Shown in pieces: positions 56,494 to 64,000 of a DNA stretch of 64,000 nt (position 1 is its first letter; each line of letters begins with the position of its first letter). Origin of the DNA: Acutalibacteraceae bacterium. GTDB lineage: Bacteria > Bacillota > Clostridia > Oscillospirales > Acutalibacteraceae. The stretch spans positions 4,316 through 68,315 of the forward strand of contig JBJEQD010000105.1 of assembly GCA_051881575.1 (NCBI GenBank), in the 5' to 3' direction. The translations under genes and the position numbers were made by a program. The notes below the pieces were generated by a model. That model saw nothing but the letters and a program-made list of their open reading frames with translations. It was not told where the DNA came from and searched no databases.

Positions 56494-56522
56494 TTTTCCT
56501 TTCTCTTATATATTTTACAACT

Positions 56523-57383
56523 TTAAATTTGGTTTTGTATTTCCGCAGCCGTTAGGGTGTTCCTCATAAGCATTGCAATAGTCATCGGGCCGACGCCGCC
56601 GGGAACGGGAGTTATCAGCGAAGCCTTGTCCTTAACCGCTTCAAAATCAACATCGCCGCAGAGCTTGCCGTTTTCGTCTCTGTCCATGCCGACATCGAGG
56701 ACTACAGCCCCCTGCTTGACCATATCGGCTTTAACGAATTTCGGAATTCCGACAGCGGCAACAAGAATATCCGCCTGATTTGTGATTTCGGCAAGATTCC
56801 CGGTTTTAGAGTGGCAGACCGTGACCGTCGCATTTCTCGCAAGCATCAGCATTGCCATGGGCTTGCCGACAATGTCGCTTCTGCCGATAATAACACAATG
56901 CTTGCCCGTCGGGTCAACGCCCTCATATTCAAGCAGCTTAACCATACCCATGGGTGTGCAGGGAACAAGGCTTCCGCTGCCGATTGAAAGCCTGCCGACA
57001 TTTTCGGGGTGGAAGCAGTCAACATCCTTTTCGGGCAGAATCCGTTCAAGCACGGCGTTTTTGTCAATATGTTTCGGCACGGGAAGCTGGCAGAGAATGC
57101 CGTTAACAGATTTATCGGCATTGAGCCTGTCAATAAGCTCCAAAAGCTCCTCGGTCGTTGTTTCCTCGGGCAGAGCAAATTCGAGCGACCTCATTCCCGT
57201 TCTCTCACAGGCATTTTTCTTGTTGTTGACATAAATTCTTGACGCAGGGTCGCTGCCGACGATAATTACCGCCAGAGCGGGCTGAACGCCCTTTTCTTTA
57301 AGAGCCGCAACCCTTTCGGATATTCTGTCAAGATTATATTCTCTGACCGCCTTGCCGTCAATTATCTTTCCCATCGGAATCAT
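56523..57383 (-). CDS. folD: Bifunctional methylene-THF dehydrogenase/cyclohydrolase
   Basis: YVNNK, KDVDCFH, PCTP, GRSDIVGKP, VPGGVGPMT. Confidence 0.95.
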   Translation of the reverse strand: MIPMGKIIDGKAVREYNLDRISERVAALKEKGVQPALAVIIVGSDPASRIYVNNKKNACERTGMRSLEFALPEETTTEELLELIDRLNADKSVNGILCQLPVPKHIDKNAVLERILPEKDVDCFHPENVGRLSIGSGSLVPCTPMGMVKLLEYEGVDPTGKHCVIIGRSDIVGKPMAMLMLARNATVTVCHSKTGNLAEITNQADILVAAVGIPKFVKADMVKQGAVVLDVGMDRDENGKLCGDVDFEAVKDKASLITPVPGGVGPMTIAMLMRNTLTAAEIQNQI

Positions 57384-57441
57384 CTCACTTTATATTTATA
57401 TTACATTATATTAAGACCGAATTGTTATGAAATTCTTACAA

Positions 57442-58446
57442 TTAAATTACATTACCGCTTTCGGACTTTTCTCTTTCAAGATAAGCGTCGAGCCATTTCT
57501 GAGCCTGTTCGATGTCTTCGTCTCTCTTTTTCAGCTCAAGCTCGGTGAAATAATCAACGCCGTCAATAGGCTTCGGATGCTTTTTATATTTTATAATCAA
57601 AACAACAAGCAGAACGGCGCAAACAAGAGCAAGAGCGGCTGAAAGAGCCTGCGATATTCTGATTGTAGTGCCTGCAATATAGAGGCTGTCGGTTCTCAGA
57701 CCCTCAACCACCATTCTCTCAACGCCGTACCAAACGCCGTAGCAGAGAGCAATCTGACCGCTGAACAGCCTTGCCTTGCGGCAGATGATATAAAGCACGA
57801 AAAATCCGAGCAGACACCAGATTGATTCATAAAGGAAAGTCGGATGAACGGGCTTTGACGGGTCAACCTCAAAGCCGTTAGCGGCAAAAAACTGCTGATT
57901 GGCAATGATATAATCCGCAACCTTTTCGCTCCACATTCCCCAGGGCAAATCCGTGTTGACGCCGAACGCCTCCTGATTTGTGAAATTGCCCCAGCGGCCT
58001 ATGCCCTGACCGATAAGAAAGCTCATGGTTGCAATATCAAGCAGATTCCAGAAATTCATCTTTCTCGCTTTGCAGACAAAATATGCCGCTATAACTCCTG
58101 CAATAAGTCCGCCGTAAATTGCAAGTCCGCCGTTCCAGATTTTCGGAATTTCGGAAAGATGATTTCCGTAATAATCCCACTTAGAGAAAACATAGTAAAG
58201 CCTTGCACCGACTATCGCCGCAAGAGTTCCGTAAATCAGAACATCAACCATTTTGTCAAGGCTCATCTTCCATTTGTAAGCCATTCTGCCGCCGAAAAGC
58301 ACCGCAAGCAGAAATCCGAAAGCAATTATTGCGCCGTAAAATCTTATCTGAATATCAATTCCGAAAATCGAAAAATCAGCAAGAATACTCGGGACGCTGA
58401 AGCCCCTGTTGATTCCCGTAAAATATACAACCGTATAATCCGACAT
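57442..58446 (-). CDS. lgt: Prolipoprotein diacylglyceryl transferase
   Basis: RFYG, GARLYYV, GGLAIYGG, QGIGRWGNF, HPTFLYES. Confidence 0.93.
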   Translation of the reverse strand: MSDYTVVYFTGINRGFSVPSILADFSIFGIDIQIRFYGAIIAFGFLLAVLFGGRMAYKWKMSLDKMVDVLIYGTLAAIVGARLYYVFSKWDYYGNHLSEIPKIWNGGLAIYGGLIAGVIAAYFVCKARKMNFWNLLDIATMSFLIGQGIGRWGNFTNQEAFGVNTDLPWGMWSEKVADYIIANQQFFAANGFEVDPSKPVHPTFLYESIWCLLGFFVLYIICRKARLFSGQIALCYGVWYGVERMVVEGLRTDSLYIAGTTIRISQALSAALALVCAVLLVVLIIKYKKHPKPIDGVDYFTELELKKRDEDIEQAQKWLDAYLEREKSESGNVI

Positions 58447-58477
58447 TTTATTATTCCTTTCGCTTTTTATATTACCG

Positions 58478-59749
58478 TTACCCTATCGGGCTGATAACCG
58501 AAAGAGCCGCAGATTCTTCTTTGAGAACGGCAAGCCTCTCCTGAGCCTTTTCAAGCGTCAGATTCCGGCAGGCATCAAGCTCCGCAAAAGGCTCGTAGCC
58601 GTTAAAGCCCATATCCATAAGCAGATTCGCCGTGTCGTCAATATCGTTATAGTTCATAACAAATCTGCCGTAAGCCTTGCGCTTTGCTCTTTCAAAAGCC
58701 GCCTTGTCAATTCCGTTGATTTGAGCGTTTTTAATTTCTTCTTTAATAATTTCAGCGGTTCTTTCGGGGTCTTTGCTTGTTCCGCCGAGCATTACGCATG
58801 AATAGCCGAAGCCGTTGAACAGCTCGCCGCCGAAGCCCATGTCAACAAGCCCTTCATCGATAAGCCTTTTGAAAAGCGGCGAAGATCTGCCCGTCAATGC
58901 GTCAATCATTACCGAAGAGGCAATCTCATCTTCAAGGCTGAGAAGCGGCTCGGAAATATCCTCCTTAAAGCCGAGCATGAACTGCTTTTCGGCAACGGAA
59001 AGGCGCTCCTCAACATAGCTCTGAACGGGCAGAGGGCTTTCTTTCTCAAACTTTCTTTCGCATTTTTTGCCCTCGGAGGACTTAATGCACCTGTCAACAA
59101 TATCAAAAATCTCCTGCGGGTCAACTCCGCCGACAACGCAGAGCACCATATTTGCGGGATTATAGAAATTTTTATAAAGCCTGTACAGCAAATCAGCGTC
59201 AATCTTTGCAATCGAATCCTGCGTTCCCGCAATGTCGATTCTGACGGGATGAACGCTGAAGAGCGCACGAAGCAGATTGAACATAACCTGCCAGCTCGGC
59301 GAATCCTGATACATTCTGATTTCCTGGCCGATTATGCCCTGCTCCTTTTCAACGGTCTGCTGAGTAAAAAACGGATTCTGAACAAAATCAAGCAGAATTT
59401 CGAGCGATTCATCTATCTTTGACGAACCCTTAAAAAGATAAGCCGTTTTCTCAAAGGAGGTGTAAGCGTTTGCGCTCGCTCCCGTTTTTGCAAAGCGTTC
59501 AAAAGCGTTCAAATCCTCGCTTTCAAACAGCTTGTGCTCAAGAAAATGAGCCGTTCCCTCGGGAATGCTTTCAAATTCTCCTTTATCATTTTTTACCGCC
59601 GTATCGATTGAACCGTATTTGACGCCGAAAATCGCATAGGCGGAGTCATAGTCCTCTTTCGGCAGAACTCTGATTTCAAGCCCCGACGGATGAACGGCGC
59701 AGAACACGCTCTCGCCGAGCTTTTCGTTGGTGAACTGCTTAATCTTCAT
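58478..59749 (-). CDS. M16 family peptidase (YmfH-like)
   Basis: GTAHFLEHKLF (HxxEH), ANAYTSF, EKEQGIIGQEI. Confidence 0.9.
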   Translation of the reverse strand: MKIKQFTNEKLGESVFCAVHPSGLEIRVLPKEDYDSAYAIFGVKYGSIDTAVKNDKGEFESIPEGTAHFLEHKLFESEDLNAFERFAKTGASANAYTSFEKTAYLFKGSSKIDESLEILLDFVQNPFFTQQTVEKEQGIIGQEIRMYQDSPSWQVMFNLLRALFSVHPVRIDIAGTQDSIAKIDADLLYRLYKNFYNPANMVLCVVGGVDPQEIFDIVDRCIKSSEGKKCERKFEKESPLPVQSYVEERLSVAEKQFMLGFKEDISEPLLSLEDEIASSVMIDALTGRSSPLFKRLIDEGLVDMGFGGELFNGFGYSCVMLGGTSKDPERTAEIIKEEIKNAQINGIDKAAFERAKRKAYGRFVMNYNDIDDTANLLMDMGFNGYEPFAELDACRNLTLEKAQERLAVLKEESAALSVISPIG

Positions 59750-61016
59750 TTTCAGCACCCTCCTCCGGCTGCGCCGCAAGCATAAATATCGTGTCAATGG
59801 TCAGCTTCTTTGCCGCTTCGCAGACCTGCTCCATTGTTACGGCTTCGATGCCTTCAACCTCCTGCTCGGGGGTGAATATTTCTTCTTCGGCAATCTGACT
59901 GCCGTACCATGCGGCAATCTCCTCGGGAGTTGAAAAAGTATGTCTCTCTTTCAAAGAAAGCTTTGACGCTTCCAGAATCTCAGGTTCGGTCTTGCCGTTT
60001 CTCAAATCCGTAAGCTGAGTGAGCACCTCTGCGGTGACCTTTTTTTCTTTATCGGTATCAATACCCGCTTCAACGGCAACTATTCCCTTGTCGGAAATTA
60101 GTCTTGAATTGCAGTAATATGCAAGGCTGAGCTTTTCACGGACATTTGTGAACAGCTTTGCGTAAGTTCCCCCGCCGAAAATATCATTCATAACCGTCAC
60201 GGCATGAATATTGTCTCTGCTGCCGCTCATGCCCGCTCTCATGCCGATAACAAGCTTGCCCTGATTAACGGGCTGTCTTTCTTCAAAACGGTTGAATCTT
60301 CCGCCTTTGAGAATGAATGTTGTTTCAAGCTTTTCGGGGGTTCTGTCGATTTTTTCAAAATACGAAGTGAATATTTTTTCAACCTTTTCGGTCTGTACGC
60401 TTCCGACAACTGTTATCTGAAAAACTGCGCTTGAGAGCATGTTTTTCCATGCCGCATAAACATCAGCCATTTTAACGGCGTTGATTTCTTCAACCGTGCC
60501 GTATTTTCCTCTGCCGAAAGGTTCGTTCTGGCACATATACCCGATGCACTTATTGAAAGAATAAGTTCTCTTGTTGTTAAATTCTTCCTCAACCTGCTGA
60601 ACAAGAAGGCGTTTTTCGAGCGCAAGATTCTCCGCTCCGAAGCTGCCGTTTTTGCAGTTAGGCTTGAATATCATGCCTGCAAGCAGCTCCGCACTCTGCT
60701 CTGCGATGCTTTCATCGGTCAGAGCAAAGCGGTCGTCAAGGCTTGAAATATTAATTGTGAGCACCTGAGCGTCGCCCTTTTTGAATATTCCGGCAGAAAC
60801 CGAAGCGCCGTAAAGCTCGTCAAGCTTGCCGTTAAGCATTGAAAAATCCGGATATTCCTTGCACGAACGCTTGAGAAGAAAAAGCATTAGAGCGTTTGCC
60901 GCCGCCCTTTCATCCAAAGGCAGAGCCATTGAAACCGATATTATTCCCGTCTTGAATTTATCCGACGGAACACTTATCAAACGCACCTTTTCCGCTAACA
61001 TACTGACCTTGGGCAT
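59739..61016 (-). CDS. M16 family inactive subunit (YmfF-like)
   Basis: DKFKT, KLDELYGA, LFTNVREKLSLAYY; no HxxEH motif; paired with the ymfH-like gene. Confidence 0.85.
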   Translation of the reverse strand: MPKVSMLAEKVRLISVPSDKFKTGIISVSMALPLDERAAANALMLFLLKRSCKEYPDFSMLNGKLDELYGASVSAGIFKKGDAQVLTINISSLDDRFALTDESIAEQSAELLAGMIFKPNCKNGSFGAENLALEKRLLVQQVEEEFNNKRTYSFNKCIGYMCQNEPFGRGKYGTVEEINAVKMADVYAAWKNMLSSAVFQITVVGSVQTEKVEKIFTSYFEKIDRTPEKLETTFILKGGRFNRFEERQPVNQGKLVIGMRAGMSGSRDNIHAVTVMNDIFGGGTYAKLFTNVREKLSLAYYCNSRLISDKGIVAVEAGIDTDKEKKVTAEVLTQLTDLRNGKTEPEILEASKLSLKERHTFSTPEEIAAWYGSQIAEEEIFTPEQEVEGIEAVTMEQVCEAAKKLTIDTIFMLAAQPEEGAENED

Positions 61017-61056
61017 TGTGTCACTTCCTAAATATATTTTTAATGGTTTTATCCTA

Positions 61057-62355
61057 TCAGATATCGCATTCCGCAACCTGCTCGTAGGTTTCACGCTTAA
61101 TAATAACTCTTGACTCTCCGTCCTTAACCATAACGGCGGGAAGTCTCGGGATTCTGTTATAGTTTGAAGCCATTGAGTAGTTATAAGCTCCGGTTGAAAG
61201 CACGGCGATTATGTCGCCCGGCTCAACGGGCTGAATGTGAGTCCACTCCTGAATAAGGTCGCCGCTCTCGCAGCATTTGCCCGCAACCGTCACGGTTTCG
61301 GTTCTCTTTTCGCTCGCCTTGTTGGCGCAGACAAGCTCATAATGCGACTGATAAAGCGCATATCTCGGATTGTCGCCCATTCCGCCGTCAATTGAAACAT
61401 AGGTTCTGACATCGGGAATGTTCTTAACTGCGCCGACGGTGTAGAGCGTTAAGCCTGCCGCTCCGACAACCGCTCTGCCCGGCTCAATGAGAATGAACGG
61501 AGTTTTGAGACCGAGCTTTGCCGAATAGCTGTTGACCGTTTCGGCAACCTTTCTCATGTAATCCGCAAAGGGTCTGGGTCTGTCGGTTTTCAGATATTTG
61601 ATTCCGAAGCCGCCGCCGAGGTTGAGTTCTTCAAGCTCAACGCCTGTCTGATCTTTAATATCCTTGAAAAGATCGAGCATGACCGTTGCGGCAAGCTCAA
61701 ACGGGTCAAGGTCGAAAATCTGAGAGCCGATATGGCAATGCAGACCTCTGAGCTTGATATTAGGCATTTTCAGAGCCTCTTTGACAGCCGCCATGGCTTC
61801 TCCCGTTTCAAGCGCAAAGCCGAATTTTGAATCTATCTGACCGGTTCTGATGAAATCGTGAGTGTGAGCGTCGATGCCGGGCTTTATTCTGAGCATGATG
61901 CCGACGGTTTTGCCCTGAGAAGCCGCAACCTCGTTGAGGCTTTCAAGCTCGGTGACATTATCAACGATTATTCTGCCGACATTGTTCGTGACCGCCATAA
62001 CAAGTTCGTCATAAGTTTTATTGTTTCCGTGAAAAACGATCCTATCCGTCGGGAAGCCGACTGAAAGCACCGTGTAAAGCTCTCCGCCCGAAACGACATC
62101 GATTCCCGTGCCCTCCTGAGCGCAGATTCGGCACATTTCCTTGCAGCAGAAAGCCTTGCTTGCATAAACAACAAGACCGTTGCCGCCGTAATTCTCATCA
62201 ATCGACTTTTTGAATTCTCTGAGATTGTTTCTTATCTCATTTTCATCAAAAATATAGGCGGGAGTGCCGTACTTTTCCGCAAGCTCAACGGTATCAGCGC
62301 CGCCGATGGTGAGATGTCCTTTTTCGTTCACCGAAATACAATCCGAAACATACAT
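61057..62355 (-). CDS. lysA: Diaminopimelate decarboxylase
   Basis: YASKAF, HCHIGSQIF, NLGGGFG, EPGR, GKCCESGD, YSMASNYN. Confidence 0.95.
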   Translation of the reverse strand: MYVSDCISVNEKGHLTIGGADTVELAEKYGTPAYIFDENEIRNNLREFKKSIDENYGGNGLVVYASKAFCCKEMCRICAQEGTGIDVVSGGELYTVLSVGFPTDRIVFHGNNKTYDELVMAVTNNVGRIIVDNVTELESLNEVAASQGKTVGIMLRIKPGIDAHTHDFIRTGQIDSKFGFALETGEAMAAVKEALKMPNIKLRGLHCHIGSQIFDLDPFELAATVMLDLFKDIKDQTGVELEELNLGGGFGIKYLKTDRPRPFADYMRKVAETVNSYSAKLGLKTPFILIEPGRAVVGAAGLTLYTVGAVKNIPDVRTYVSIDGGMGDNPRYALYQSHYELVCANKASEKRTETVTVAGKCCESGDLIQEWTHIQPVEPGDIIAVLSTGAYNYSMASNYNRIPRLPAVMVKDGESRVIIKRETYEQVAECDI

Positions 62356-62360
62356 TTTAT

Positions 62361-62951
62361 TTATCCTCCTATTTTTGAAGCGGCAATTATCTCCGCTTTT
62401 ATCTGTTCAACACCCGTGCCTTTTACGGCAGAAAACTCTATTGTTTTAACCTCGGGATAATCCGCAAGCTCGCTTTGCAGCTCCGCCCTGCGTTTTTCAA
62501 GCTCGCCTTTATTGAGTTTGTCGCATTTTGTCAATGCAATAGCAAACGGAATTCCGCTCTCTCTGAGAAAATTCAGCATGAGCATATCGTCCTCGGTCGG
62601 CGAATGGCGCATATCGATAAGCTGAATGACAAGGGGAATATTTCGTCCGGATTGGAAATATCCCTCCATGAGCTCAGCCCAGCGTTTTTTCTCTTTCATT
62701 TCACGCTTTGCATAGCCGTAGCCGGGCAGATCGACAAAATAAACACCGTCGCCTTTGAAAAAGTTGACCGTTATCGTCTTGCCAGGAACGGAGCTGACTC
62801 TTGCAAGATTCTTGCGATTAAAAATCTTATTTATAAGCGATGATTTGCCGACATTGGAGCGCCCCGAAAACACTATTTCCGCTTCCCTTGAGGGCGGAAG
62901 CTGAGAAGAAGTGCCGTAAGCGGCGGTAAATTCTATTTTATCAAATCTCAT
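62361..62951 (-). CDS. engB: Ribosome biogenesis GTP-binding protein YihA/YsxC
   Basis: GRSNVGKSSLIN, DLPGYGYA, TKCDKL; downstream of lon. Confidence 0.95.
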   Translation of the reverse strand: MRFDKIEFTAAYGTSSQLPPSREAEIVFSGRSNVGKSSLINKIFNRKNLARVSSVPGKTITVNFFKGDGVYFVDLPGYGYAKREMKEKKRWAELMEGYFQSGRNIPLVIQLIDMRHSPTEDDMLMLNFLRESGIPFAIALTKCDKLNKGELEKRRAELQSELADYPEVKTIEFSAVKGTGVEQIKAEIIAASKIGG

Positions 62952-62963
62952 TTCTGCACCTCG

Positions 62964-64000
62964 TTACTGCGTTATCGCCGCACGGGAGCTTTTCCCGACC
63001 TGCGGCGGAGCGGCGTGCTCCGATTTCGTGGCTTCGTCCTTTTCAAGGGCGATATCCCATACTGCGTCAACGGATTTAACCGGCATAAAGCTTATTGCAT
63101 CCTTAACGCATGAATCAACCTCGTCAAGATCGGCAACATTATCATAAGGAATAATGACCGTTTTGATTCCCGCACGGTAAGCCGCCATTGATTTTTCTTT
63201 AAGACCGCCTATCGGCAGAACCCTGCCTCTGAGGGTAATTTCGCCCGTCATGGCAACATCCTTGCGAACCTTTCTGCCGGTCAGAGCGGAAACAAGCGAG
63301 GTTGCAATCGTCACGCCCGCAGACGGTCCGTCCTTGGGCGTTGCGCCCTCGGGAACATGGATATGGATGTCCGTTTCTTTATAGAAGCTTCCGTTTATCG
63401 GCAGAGAATCAGCCTTTGAGCGGATATAGCTGACTGCCGCTTTTGCGCTCTCCTGCATAACATCGCCGAGAGAGCCCGTCAGTTCAAGCTTGCCCGTGCC
63501 TTTGAGAACCGCCGTTTCAACCTCAAGCATTTCACCGCCCACGCTCGTCCACGCAAGGCCGTTGACAACGCCGACCTCGTTTTCGCCCGTGAAAGCCTCG
63601 GCTTTATATTTTCTTGTGCCGAGCAGTTCTTCAACATTTTCGGGCTTGACGGAAACGCTCGGGACTTCGCCCTCGACTATCTTCATAACGGCTTTTCTGC
63701 AAATTGCCGCTATCTTCTGTTCAAGCGCTCTGACTCCTGCTTCTCTCGTGTAGCCCTCAATAATCAGCCTTATTGCTTTATCGGTTATTCTGAGCTGAGA
63801 AGCTTTGAGGCCGTGGCGTTTGAGCTGTTTGGGAATCAGATGCTTTTTGGCAATGCTGAATTTTTCCTCTGCCGTGTAGCTGCCGAGCTCAATAACTTCC
63901 ATTCTGTCCTTGAGCGGCTCGGGAATGTTTGATTCGACATTCGCCGTTGTGATAAACATAACCCTGCTCAGGTCAAACGGCAATTCAATATAATGATCTC
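62964..64000 (-). CDS. lon: Lon protease (C-terminal part; 5' end outside the window)
   Basis: [29 protein letters not shown] (Ser), GGLKEK (Lys). Confidence 0.95.
   Translation of the reverse strand, partial: DHYIELPFDLSRVMFITTANVESNIPEPLKDRMEVIELGSYTAEEKFSIAKKHLIPKQLKRHGLKASQLRITDKAIRLIIEGYTREAGVRALEQKIAAICRKAVMKIVEGEVPSVSVKPENVEELLGTRKYKAEAFTGENEVGVVNGLAWTSVGGEMLEVETAVLKGTGKLELTGSLGDVMQESAKAAVSYIRSKADSLPINGSFYKETDIHIHVPEGATPKDGPSAGVTIATSLVSALTGRKVRKDVAMTGEITLRGRVLPIGGLKEKSMAAYRAGIKTVIIPYDNVADLDEVDSCVKDAISFMPVKSVDAVWDIALEKDEATKSEHAAPPQVGKSSRAAITQ

Noticed and set aside
58478-62355. Functional link between lysA and the ymfF/ymfH-like genes (EF-P modification)
   Set aside because: Adjacency only; no pathway evidence in the sequence
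3788-63753. Numerous 60-240 aa ORFs antisense to or nested in long genes
   Set aside because: Shadow frames typical of moderately GC-rich coding DNA; no SD or motifs
1-64000. RAYT/IS transposase, integron integrase, reverse transcriptase, toxin-antitoxin or restriction genes
   Set aside because: No ORF shows the HUH/Y1, DDE, RHRY, YxDD or methyltransferase-restriction signatures; any enzyme acting on the repeats must be encoded elsewhere

Overview
Chromosomal window from a spore-forming Clostridia genome (Oscillospirales-like gene content and order; inferred). Most of it is housekeeping or metabolic: phoH-ybeY-dgkA-era-recO, feoAB, trmK-nif3-rqcH, cca-fem, rarA, rsmI, rmlA-rmlC, uvrBA, rplU-prp-rpmA, lon-engB-lysA-ymfF-ymfH-lgt-folD, plus carbohydrate genes (GH78, GH29, manA, iolC). 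Three accessory regions stand out. (1) 3.8-5.9 kb: a lone DUF6870 + large serine recombinase module with a 51-bp att-like inverted repeat over the recombinase promoter, directly after yaaL-bofA. (2) 14-18.9 kb: an AT-rich island downstream of tRNA-Arg(CCG) with no integrase. It carries an M23 surface protein, a membrane-anchored HhH-GPD glycosylase-like gene bracketed by direct repeats, and a dense stack of structured DNA repeat families: a train of GTAG-REPs, nested cruciforms, a TTTCA-punctuated hairpin array and a palindromised tRNA 3' copy split by a 74-bp insert. (3) 33.9-37.3 kb: a promoter-headed run of AT-rich unrelated genes with a second, re-ordered copy of the same REP train and a weak shared junction motif. 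No CRISPR array, rRNA, transposase or reverse transcriptase was recognised. All alignments were done by eye; no database searches were run.
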